From: Gemmatimonadales bacterium
GTDB lineage: Bacteria > Gemmatimonadota > Gemmatimonadetes > Gemmatimonadales > GWC2-71-9
DNA length: 64,000 nucleotides
Assembly: GCA_035251445.1 (NCBI GenBank)
Contig: DATFEG010000040.1
Coordinates: 15,261-79,260 of the forward strand
Direction of reading: 5' to 3'
Shown here: piece after piece, positions 7,952 to 15,949 of the stretch
Position numbering within the stretch: the stretch's first letter is position 1
How the letters are laid out: the number at the start of each line of letters is the position of its first letter
Translations under genes and position numbers: made by a program
Notes under the pieces: model-generated
Told to the model about the DNA's origin: nothing
Databases searched by the model: none
Seen by the model: only the letters and a program-made list of their open reading frames with translations

Positions 7952-8915
7952 GCGTGTCGATCTCACTTACGACGTCATAATCGTGGGCGCGGGCCCGGCA
8001 GGCCTGTGCGCCGCGTTGTACGCCGGCCGTGGCATGCTCAAGACCGTGACGATTGAGCGCGGCGCGCCGGGCGGCGAACTGCTGAATACAGATCTGATCG
8101 AGGATTACATCGGCTTCGACACCATCAAGGGGTGGGACCTCGCGCAGAAGATGACCGAACACGCCAAGAAGTTCGGCGCGGAAATCGTCACCGACACGGT
8201 CGAGCGCATCCATAAAGGTTCCGATGGCTGGTTCGACGTCGAGACAGCGCGGGGGGAGACGTACCGGAGCCAGGCAGTCATTCTCACCGCAGGCGGGACG
8301 CCCGTGAAGCTGGGCGTCCCCGGGGAAAAGGAATACGCCGGTAGAGGTGTCTCGTACTGCGCGGTATGCGACGGTGCCTTTTTCAAAGGCGAGCGGCTCG
8401 CCGTCGTCGGGGGCGGCGATGCGGCCGTCGAAGAAGCGGATTACCTGACCCGCTATGCAAGCAAGGTCACGCTCGTGCACCGCCGCGCGGAGTTCCGCGC
8501 GTCGAGAATCCTGCAAGAACGGGCCTTTTCCAATCCCAAGATCGAAATCATCCGCAACACCGTCGTTCCCGAGATCGTCGGCAATGAGCGGGGCGTCACG
8601 CACGCCGTGTTGGAGAATAAGACGACTGGCGAGCGCTCCAATCTCGATGTCGGGGGCGTGTTCATTTTCGCGGGGTTCAAGCCCAACACGCAGCTCGTCG
8701 ATGGCCACGTCGACCATGACGCGGGCGGGTACCTGATCACGGACACCAAGATGATGACGTCCATGGCGGGCTTATTCGCGGCGGGTGACGTGCGCAGCCA
8801 GCTGACGCGCCAAATTACCACCGCCGTAGGGGACGCCACCACGGCGGCGATCGCCGTCGAGAAGTACCTCAAGGCTCTGCGCGAGAGCGAGGTCCCAGCA
8901 CCGGTCCGGGCATGA
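7944..8915 (+). CDS. trxB: Thioredoxin-disulfide reductase
   Basis: VIIVGAGPAGL, redox-active CAVCDG, and a second GGGDAAVEEA dinucleotide motif. Confidence 0.92.
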   Translation: MTKRVDLTYDVIIVGAGPAGLCAALYAGRGMLKTVTIERGAPGGELLNTDLIEDYIGFDTIKGWDLAQKMTEHAKKFGAEIVTDTVERIHKGSDGWFDVETARGETYRSQAVILTAGGTPVKLGVPGEKEYAGRGVSYCAVCDGAFFKGERLAVVGGGDAAVEEADYLTRYASKVTLVHRRAEFRASRILQERAFSNPKIEIIRNTVVPEIVGNERGVTHAVLENKTTGERSNLDVGGVFIFAGFKPNTQLVDGHVDHDAGGYLITDTKMMTSMAGLFAAGDVRSQLTRQITTAVGDATTAAIAVEKYLKALRESEVPAPVRA

Positions 8916-9553
8916 AGATCGTTCAGATCCCTAATGGCGTCTTTGCGGAGAACTGCTACATCATCGTGGATGAGCAGGCGCGCGAGTGCGCCATCGTGGA
9001 TCCCGGAGAGGAAGCCGGCCTGATCCTGCACAAGGTCGAGGAAATTGGTGCCCACCCCGTCGCGATTTGGCTGACCCACGCGCATCTCGATCACGTCCTG
9101 GGCGTTGCACATATCGCCGCCGACACGGGCGCGCCCATTTGGCTCCACCCTGCCGACCGGCCGTTATATGACGCCGTGCCCGAGCAGGCCGCGTGGTTCG
9201 GACTGGTCCCGCCCGGCACCCTGCCGGCACCCGATAAAGAAATGGCGTCCGGTCAAAATCTTCGTGTTGGCGATCTGAGTTTCGCGGTCCGTCACACGCC
9301 AGGGCATTCGCCCGGCAGTGTCTGCTTGCTCGGCCCGGGTGTCGCTCTGACGGGGGACGTCCTATTCGCCGGATCAATTGGACGGACCGACCTGCCCGGT
9401 GGAGACTTCGAGACGCTGATCGCCAGCATCGAGCGCGAGTTGCTCCCGCTGTCCGACGATACCATCGTGTACAGTGGGCATGGGCCAGAAACCACCATCG
9501 GACGCGAACGAGCCTCGAATCCCTTCCTCACGGGCATCCCCCGGATCGCCTAA
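8912..9553 (+). CDS. MBL-fold metallo-hydrolase (glyoxalase II-like)
   Basis: THAHLDHV motif. ATGA overlap with the trxB stop. Confidence 0.85.
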   Translation: MKIVQIPNGVFAENCYIIVDEQARECAIVDPGEEAGLILHKVEEIGAHPVAIWLTHAHLDHVLGVAHIAADTGAPIWLHPADRPLYDAVPEQAAWFGLVPPGTLPAPDKEMASGQNLRVGDLSFAVRHTPGHSPGSVCLLGPGVALTGDVLFAGSIGRTDLPGGDFETLIASIERELLPLSDDTIVYSGHGPETTIGRERASNPFLTGIPRIA

Positions 9554-9665
9554 GACACCGCGCTGCTTGCGATGCGGTGCGGAGGTCCGGCCGAAACCGT
9601 GGGGCTGCAAGAATCCCTGTCCGAATTGCGGGTTCATCTACCCCCTCGGCGACTGCTCTGACTAA
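9474..9665 (+). CDS. Small zinc-ribbon protein (CxxC-N17-CxxC)
   Basis: ...PRCLRCGAEVRPKPWGCKNPCPNCGFIYPLGDCSD. GC3 is about 80 percent in this frame versus about 50 percent in the competing 9577 frame. Start is GTG 9474 or ATG 9480, inside the MBL gene 3' end. Confidence 0.45.
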   Translation: MGMGQKPPSDANEPRIPSSRASPGSPKTPRCLRCGAEVRPKPWGCKNPCPNCGFIYPLGDCSD

Positions 9666-10569
9666 TCACGTCCTCGCCATTCTTTTGCTCGCCGTCGACT
9701 GCGCCACGCGCGCCTGGCGAATTCAACTCGCGAGCTGGGCGTCGGGCGGCCGCCTGTCGTTTCGAGACGCGCTGCGCCTCAATCTCTACGGCGAGGCTGC
9801 GTCCACACTGACCCCGAATCGGCTGGGAGGGGAACCGGCCCGGTTCCTGGGCATGACGGGCTCGGGCATGCGGGTCGTGACAGCGTTGGTCGCGCTCGGT
9901 GTGGAAGTGGCGGCGGAATGGCCCGTGTTTGGGATCGTAGCGCTGGCATTGGCGGCGTACTACGTGCCGGACTGGAGTCACGCCGTGGACCAATTCCTGA
10001 CTCACAAACTCGCCGGCGACTTGCTGGTCATCGAGCTCGTCGCGATCGCCGTGCTCATCCTGATCTTCACCTTGCAGCGATTGGTGCGACCGGGAGCCAT
10101 ACGCCATCGTGTACGGCGGCAATGGCGGGTCGCGATCGCGCACGTGCGCCGGGCACCGTGGTGGGTGTTGTTCGTCGGAGCTCTACTGACGGCGGTGAGC
10201 CTCGCTGCACGCGCGCTGATTTTGCCGGCGCTCGTGTGGGGCCACGCGGACGCGCCCCCGTTTGCCGTGATGTTCTTTGGCGCACTCGCGCTCCTGCACG
10301 CCGCTCTCGTCGTGCCGCTACCATCCGGCGGAGGCGGGATCGAGGTCGCCTTTCTGTCGGGATTCGTCGGGGATTTCGGACCCGGGCACCAGGTCGCGAT
10401 GCTGCTACTCTGGCGGTTTTACACAACGATCCTGCTGACGATTCTGGGGATCTACCTATTGGTGCGAACCCACGGGGCAGCCGCGGCGAAAGAGCTCTTC
10501 ACCGTCGGCTGGTTCCGCCGCCGCGCTCCCCCCGCTCCCCCCGCTTCCCCTCCGTCGGCGCCGTCCTAG
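9577..10569 (+). CDS. Flippase-like / lysylphosphatidylglycerol-synthase TM-region family membrane protein
   Basis: RAWRIQL...LYGEAASTLTPNRLGGEPARF and multiple TM helices. The true start is probably downstream (for example TTG 9685), because 9577-9665 has low GC3. Confidence 0.55.
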   Translation: MRRSGRNRGAARIPVRIAGSSTPSATALTNHVLAILLLAVDCATRAWRIQLASWASGGRLSFRDALRLNLYGEAASTLTPNRLGGEPARFLGMTGSGMRVVTALVALGVEVAAEWPVFGIVALALAAYYVPDWSHAVDQFLTHKLAGDLLVIELVAIAVLILIFTLQRLVRPGAIRHRVRRQWRVAIAHVRRAPWWVLFVGALLTAVSLAARALILPALVWGHADAPPFAVMFFGALALLHAALVVPLPSGGGGIEVAFLSGFVGDFGPGHQVAMLLLWRFYTTILLTILGIYLLVRTHGAAAAKELFTVGWFRRRAPPAPPASPPSAPS

Positions 10570-10891
10570 GCGCGGGCGCCATCGCGACCAGGACGACGGA
10601 CCGCTCGTTTGCATGCGCGACACCGTGCGGAATGCCCGCCGGCGCGACGATCAGATCGGTGGGACCGGCCTCGATCTCACGCTCAGCCACGACGAAAGTG
10701 GCCTTTCCTTCGAGCACTACATAGAATTTGTCGGCGTCGGTGTGCGTGTGCACCGCTTGGCTCTGTCCTGGCTCGAAACAGTTGAGCCCGACGAGCAGGC
10801 GGTGAGAGCGGAAGCAGTCGATCTTCGTCATCGCGGCCGCGCGAAATGCCGCGCGCTCGAGCAGGTGCTGAACCATTTCTGGGGATTCCAT
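10499..10891 (-). CDS. Cupin domain protein
   Basis: GQSQAVHTHTDADKFYVVLEGKATF...APAGIPHGV cupin_2 pattern. Met at 10891 was chosen. Confidence 0.75.
   Translation of the reverse strand: MESPEMVQHLLERAAFRAAAMTKIDCFRSHRLLVGLNCFEPGQSQAVHTHTDADKFYVVLEGKATFVVAEREIEAGPTDLIVAPAGIPHGVAHANERSVVLVAMAPAPRTAPTEGKRGERGERGGGTSRR
10525..10551. repeat. 9-bp tandem repeat (GCTCCCCCC x2 + GCTTCCCCT)
   Basis: Read directly. It lies in the convergent overlap of two CDS tails. Confidence 0.8.
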
Positions 10892-12371
10892 GGGCGATTC
10901 CTGGCTCCAGACGGACGATACACGCAGGGAGCGACATGACACGAGTGGGACCGGGGCGGGTCCACTGAGTCAGACCCGGATCGAACGCGACCCCCTGGGC
11001 GATCTGCCGGTTCCGGCGGACGCGTTATGGGGCATTCAGACCGAGCGCGCCCGCCAGAACTTTCCCATATCTAATCTGCGACCCCTGCCTGCGTTCGTCG
11101 ACGCGTGCATTTGGATCAAGAAAGCGGCCGCGCTGACCCATCGTGAGACCGGGCGGCTCGACGCCAAGCTCGCCGACGCGATCAGCCGGGCGGCGGACGA
11201 AGTGCTTGCCGGTGGACATCGGGAGCAGTTCCTGGTCGATCCCTATCAGGCGGGCGCCGGTACGTCGCACAACATGAACTGCAACGAAGTGCTCGCGAAT
11301 CGCGCGAACGAGTTGCTCGGCGGGAAACGGGGCGAGTACAAGCCGGTGCATCCGAACGATCACGTCAACATGGCGCAGTCCACAAACGACGTGATCCCCA
11401 CGGCGATTCGTCTGGGCGCGCTCGCGTTGTTGCCGGCGCTCACGGAAGCCCTCGGTCGTTTGGGCCGTGCGTTCATTGCCAAGGGCAAGGAATTCGACGA
11501 CATCGTGAAAGCCGGGCGAACGCACCTTCAGGATGCGACTCCGGTGCGCCTGGGGCAGGAATTCACGGCATATGGTTACACCGTCCAGCGCAACAGCGAT
11601 CGCATCGCCCGAGTCGCCGACGACCTGCGGGACCTCGGCATCGGCGGCACCGCAGTGGGCACGGGACTCAATGCGGAGCCCGCGTATCCGGCGCTGATGA
11701 TCAAGCAGCTCCGGTCAATCACCAAGCTCGACGTCCGCGAGGGCCGGGATCGCTTCCAACTGATGCAGTCGATGGGGGACGCGACCGCATTCTCGGGTGC
11801 GCTGCGCACCTATGCCGTCGACCTGGGCAAGATCGTGAGCGACCTGCGCCTTATGGTCTCGGGGCCGCGCACCGGCCTTGCCGAGATCGTACTGCCCGCG
11901 GTACAGCCGGGTTCGAGCATCATGCCCGGCAAGGTAAATCCCTCGATTCCCGAAATGGTGAACCAGGTGTGCTTTCAGGTGCTCGGCAACGATGTCACCA
12001 TCACGACTGCAGCCGAAGCAGGGCAGCTCGAGCTGAACGTGATGATGCCCGTGATCGCGCACAATCTGTTCTTCACGATGATGATCTTGACCAACGCGTC
12101 CCACGTGCTCGCCGAACGGTGTGTCGAGGGAATCGAAGCCGATGAGGCGCAAACCGCGCACTGGCTCGCGCTCAGCCCGGCGTTGGTGACGGCACTCGCA
12201 CCGAAGATCGGGTATGCCGAAGCGGCCAAGCTTGCAAAGGAGGCAGTGGAGAAGAAGGTCACCGTGCGCGAGCTAGTGGAGCAAAAGGGTCTGCTGAAGG
12301 GGAAGGAGCTCGATGCGGTGCTCTCGCTCAGAGGGATGACGGAGATCGGCGTGCCCGGCCAGCGGAAGTAA
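10890..12371 (+). CDS. aspA: Aspartate ammonia-lyase (class II fumarase/aspartase family)
   Basis: GTSHNMNCNEVLANRA and GSSIMPGKVNPSIPE signatures. The N-terminal homology (SQTRIERDPLG) starts near CTG 10965, so the start is uncertain. Confidence 0.85.
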   Translation: MGDSWLQTDDTRRERHDTSGTGAGPLSQTRIERDPLGDLPVPADALWGIQTERARQNFPISNLRPLPAFVDACIWIKKAAALTHRETGRLDAKLADAISRAADEVLAGGHREQFLVDPYQAGAGTSHNMNCNEVLANRANELLGGKRGEYKPVHPNDHVNMAQSTNDVIPTAIRLGALALLPALTEALGRLGRAFIAKGKEFDDIVKAGRTHLQDATPVRLGQEFTAYGYTVQRNSDRIARVADDLRDLGIGGTAVGTGLNAEPAYPALMIKQLRSITKLDVREGRDRFQLMQSMGDATAFSGALRTYAVDLGKIVSDLRLMVSGPRTGLAEIVLPAVQPGSSIMPGKVNPSIPEMVNQVCFQVLGNDVTITTAAEAGQLELNVMMPVIAHNLFFTMMILTNASHVLAERCVEGIEADEAQTAHWLALSPALVTALAPKIGYAEAAKLAKEAVEKKVTVRELVEQKGLLKGKELDAVLSLRGMTEIGVPGQRK

Positions 12372-12417
12372 TTGCGAAGCCATTGAATCCCGATAACGGC
12401 TCTCGCATATTCTCCCC

Positions 12418-12870
12418 ATGCGCGTCACTACCTGGGCGGAGTACGGCTTAATCGTTTCGATTCATCTCGCCAGGCGCGCGGGGCAGGGGCCCGTCGCCGC
12501 CCGCGAGCTATCCGAGCAGGAACGGCTCCCTCACGACTACGTCGAGCAGATTCTGCTGCGCCTGCGGCGAGCCGGCCTAGTCGAGTCCGTACGCGGAGCC
12601 AGAGGTGGATACTTGCTCGCTCGACCTCCCCAGGCGGTCAGCGTGAAGGATGTCATCGAAGCATCGGAGCACGTGACGTTCGAGGTGAACTGCGATCGGC
12701 ACCGCGTCGACGAGGAGCGCTGCGACCCCGCTACTCCGTGCAGCATTCGACCGGTCTGGCGGCTGCTCGAACGCCGCATCAACGAGGTACTCGCCGGCAT
12801 CACGCTCGCCGATCTGCGGCACGCTGAGCCGGAAGTGTACCAGATCGCAGGGGTCGCTTCAGGGAATTGA
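12418..12870 (+). CDS. Rrf2 family transcriptional regulator
   Basis: MRVTTWAEYGL...LRRAGLVESVRGARGGYLLAR winged-helix pattern. Confidence 0.85.
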   Translation: MRVTTWAEYGLIVSIHLARRAGQGPVAARELSEQERLPHDYVEQILLRLRRAGLVESVRGARGGYLLARPPQAVSVKDVIEASEHVTFEVNCDRHRVDEERCDPATPCSIRPVWRLLERRINEVLAGITLADLRHAEPEVYQIAGVASGN

Positions 12871-14012
12871 CGATGCAGCTGTCCCACGAGGAGCTGCTGC
12901 GGTATTCGCGGCACCTCACCCTGCCCGATGTAGGTCTCGAAGGCCAAACCAAACTTCGCGCGGCGCGGGTGCTCCTCATCGGCGCCGGAGGGCTGGGCTC
13001 GCCCGCTGCATTCTACCTCGCTGCCGCCGGTGTGGGCACGCTCGGCATCGTTGATTTCGACGTCGTCGACCGGAGCAACCTCCAGCGTCAGATCCTGCAT
13101 GGCACCGCCAGCGTCGGAAGGGCCAAGACCGACTCTGCGCGCGAGCGGCTGCACGACATCAATCCACATGTCTCGGTCGAGATGTTCCCCGAGCGACTCA
13201 CGTCGGGTAACGGGCTCAAGGTCATGCGCGACTTCGATATCGTCGTCGACGGCTCAGACAACTTTCCGACGCGCTATCTCGTCAACGACGCATGTGTGCT
13301 GCTCGGCAAGCCGGATGTGTATGGATCGATCTTCCAGTTCGACGGGCAAGTTTCGGTTTTCGACGCCTCGCGCGGTCCCTGTTACCGGTGCCTGTTTGCC
13401 GAGCCCCCACCACCCGATCTCGTCCCGTCGTGCGCCGAGGGCGGGGTGCTCGGCGTCCTGCCGGGGATCATTGGATCACTCCAGGCGCTCGAAACGATCA
13501 AACTGATCGTGGGTGTGGGACATCCGTTGATCGGCCGGCTGTTGCTGTTCGACGGGAGGCGCGCGCAGTTTCGCGAGCTCGCACTCGAGAAGGATCGCGA
13601 CTGCCCTGTGTGCGGCCCGAATCCGACGGTGACTCGGCTGATCGACTACGAGGCCTTTTGTGGCGAACGGGAAACGGGAAACGGGAAACGGGAAACGGTC
13701 GAGATCAGTCCTCAAGAGTTGGCTCGGGAGCGTGGTCGGAATCCTAATCTCGTGCTCCTCGACGTTCGCGAACCACGTGAGGTCGAGATCGCACATATCG
13801 AGGGGGCGCGGCTGATCCCGCTGCGCGAGCTCCCCGGCCGATTGTCCGAGCTGCCGGGGCATGTCGAGATCGTCACGTTTTGCCATCACGGTCAGCGCTC
13901 GCTGCAGGCGCTGGCCATACTGAGGGGCGCAGGATTTGGGAATGTCAGAAGTCTTGCGGGCGGGATTGATGCGTGGTCACGCGAGATCGACCCTGGCGTC
14001 CCACGCTATTAG
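12867..14012 (+). CDS. MoeB/ThiF-family adenylyltransferase fused to rhodanese domain (MoeZ-like)
   Basis: RYSRHLTLPDVG...LIGAGGLGSP..., CYRC and CPVC pairs, and a C-terminal rhodanese domain with FCHHGQRS. Confidence 0.88.
   Translation: MTMQLSHEELLRYSRHLTLPDVGLEGQTKLRAARVLLIGAGGLGSPAAFYLAAAGVGTLGIVDFDVVDRSNLQRQILHGTASVGRAKTDSARERLHDINPHVSVEMFPERLTSGNGLKVMRDFDIVVDGSDNFPTRYLVNDACVLLGKPDVYGSIFQFDGQVSVFDASRGPCYRCLFAEPPPPDLVPSCAEGGVLGVLPGIIGSLQALETIKLIVGVGHPLIGRLLLFDGRRAQFRELALEKDRDCPVCGPNPTVTRLIDYEAFCGERETGNGKRETVEISPQELARERGRNPNLVLLDVREPREVEIAHIEGARLIPLRELPGRLSELPGHVEIVTFCHHGQRSLQALAILRGAGFGNVRSLAGGIDAWSREIDPGVPRY
13665..13698. repeat. Tandem heptanucleotide array (GAAACGG) x4.9 inside the moeZ-like linker
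   Basis: GAACGG GAAACGG x4, read directly. It is translated as ERETGNGKRET. Confidence 0.9.
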
Positions 14013-14020
14013 CACCTCAC

Positions 14021-14120
14021 TTCGACGCCTCTTGCCACGTCTCTCTTTTGACGTCTCTTGCGACGCCTTTTTTTCGACGCCGTTGCTTTGACGACGTTTT
14101 TCGACGCCCTTTTTTTGACG
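14021..14120. repeat. Degenerate 12-15 bp tandem repeat, about 7 units (YGACGYC + T/C-rich tail)
   Basis: Units at 14021, 14035, 14049, 14061, 14075, 14090 and 14102, read directly. The array lies between the moeZ-like stop and the tRNA-Leu 3' end. Confidence 0.75.
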
Positions 14121-14135
14121 TAGTTAACTAAAAGG

Positions 14136-14220
<85 letters not shown>

Positions 14221-14288
14221 GAATTTGAGGAACGGGCAATCTAGAACGTTGTATAAGCCCAAGTCAATGCGTATCTTGCCTCGATACT

Positions 14289-14744
14289 GTGGAAAAGACC
14301 TCGATTGCCAGAAACCCGCGCGCCCGGCACGACTACCATCTCTTGGAAACGTGGGAGGCGGGACTCGTGCTGACTGGGACCGAAGTGAAGTCGCTGCGCG
14401 ACCGCAAGGCGAGCTTGAACGAAGCCTACGCGCACGTGCGCAACGGGGAAGTCTGGCTCGAAGGGATGACGATCTCACACTACGGACCCGGCAGCTACAA
14501 CAATCCGCCCCCGGCGCGCTCCCGCAAGTTACTGCTGCACAAGCGGGAGATTCGCAAATTATTGGGCGCCACCACGCAAAAAGGCCTCACGGTTGTCCCG
14601 TTGGAAATCTATTTCAAGGATGGTCTCGCCAAGGTCGCGATCGCTCTCGCTAAAGCAAAGAAGGCGCATGACAAGCGCGAGGATCTGAAGCGCCGCGTCG
14701 CAGAGCGCGAGATGGCACGCGTTGTGAAGGGAAGGCGGGCATGA
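14289..14744 (+). CDS. smpB: SsrA-binding protein
   Basis: ARNPRARHDYHLLE...GTEVKSLR...KLLLHKREI. Confidence 0.92.
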   Translation: MEKTSIARNPRARHDYHLLETWEAGLVLTGTEVKSLRDRKASLNEAYAHVRNGEVWLEGMTISHYGPGSYNNPPPARSRKLLLHKREIRKLLGATTQKGLTVVPLEIYFKDGLAKVAIALAKAKKAHDKREDLKRRVAEREMARVVKGRRA

Positions 14745-15949
14745 ACGCTTTCCTTCTTATAGCGGCCCTCCTGCCGCAGCACGTTCTGATCGCGACGCCG
14801 CGCGGTCAAGCGAGAATTCCCGTTACGGAGGAGCGACGAATCTCCGCGGTCGCGGCGATACTGCTGTCCCAACCACTCGGGCTTGCGACGTCGCTCGATG
14901 GCTCCACGATTCGGGCGACGTTGGCGGGAGTTGAATTCGAATTCGAGCTCGACTCACCATTCTTTCGCTACGCCGGTACAGCGTACGCGATGGTCGGCGC
15001 TCCGTACGTCGCGCGCGATACCGTATTCCTGCCGCTGCATTGGCTTTCCGACCATGTACCGCGCCTCCTCGCCGCACGCTACCGCTGGGATCCCGGGCTC
15101 GCACGTCTGGACGAGCGAGCTGTCTCGACTGCCGCGCCCGCGGTGACTGCCGCCGCGCCGTCCGCATCGGTTTCGGCGATCGCTTCGAGTGGTGCTCCAC
15201 ACCCCATCACGGGGCTGCGCCTGCCGCATACGATCGTCGTCGATCCAGGTCACGGCGGCGTCGATCCGGGCAATCCGGGGATGCATTTCCCGCGTGGCCT
15301 CGTTGAGAAAGACATCACGCTTGGCATCGGCCGGTTGCTGAGAGCCGAGCTGGTCCGGCGGGGTCTGACGGTGGTCCTGACGCGCTCGACCGATACGTTG
15401 ATCGATCTCGCCAACCGCCCGCTCTTCTGCCGGGCGGACTGCGACCTCTTCGTCAGCATCCACGTGAACGCAATGCCTCGGGGCAAGAAGCAGGGTACGG
15501 TCAATGGCGCGGAGACCTACTTCCTGTCTGACGCGAAGACCGAAGATCAGCAGCGCGTCGCGCAGATGGAAAACGATGCGCTTCGTTTCGAGACCGTCGC
15601 GACGGTCGAGGGGCCGCTCGCCTACATTCTCCGCGACCTCCAGCTCAATGAGTACTTGCGGGAATCGGCGCGACTCGCGGAGCTGGTCCAAGGGAAGGTG
15701 GCCGGCATTCATCCCGGCGAGGATCGCGGTGTACAGCAGGGTCCGTTCATGGTGCTGGCGGCCGCGCGCCGCCCGTCCATTCTCGTCGAGACCGGTTTCG
15801 CGACGAATCGTGACGACGGCGCGTTTCTCGCGTCGGCGACCGGCCAGCACAAGATCGCCTCAGCGATCGCGGATGGGATCGTGGCGTACCTCCTGGAATT
15901 CGAGCGGAAGCTGGCGGTAGGGAGCGGCGGGTCGGGGGACTCGCGGTGA
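14741..15949 (+). CDS. N-acetylmuramoyl-L-alanine amidase
   Basis: Amidase_3 pattern IVVDPGHGGVDPG...FVSIHVNA...ETYFLS. Confidence 0.85.
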   Translation: MNAFLLIAALLPQHVLIATPRGQARIPVTEERRISAVAAILLSQPLGLATSLDGSTIRATLAGVEFEFELDSPFFRYAGTAYAMVGAPYVARDTVFLPLHWLSDHVPRLLAARYRWDPGLARLDERAVSTAAPAVTAAAPSASVSAIASSGAPHPITGLRLPHTIVVDPGHGGVDPGNPGMHFPRGLVEKDITLGIGRLLRAELVRRGLTVVLTRSTDTLIDLANRPLFCRADCDLFVSIHVNAMPRGKKQGTVNGAETYFLSDAKTEDQQRVAQMENDALRFETVATVEGPLAYILRDLQLNEYLRESARLAELVQGKVAGIHPGEDRGVQQGPFMVLAAARRPSILVETGFATNRDDGAFLASATGQHKIASAIADGIVAYLLEFERKLAVGSGGSGDSR

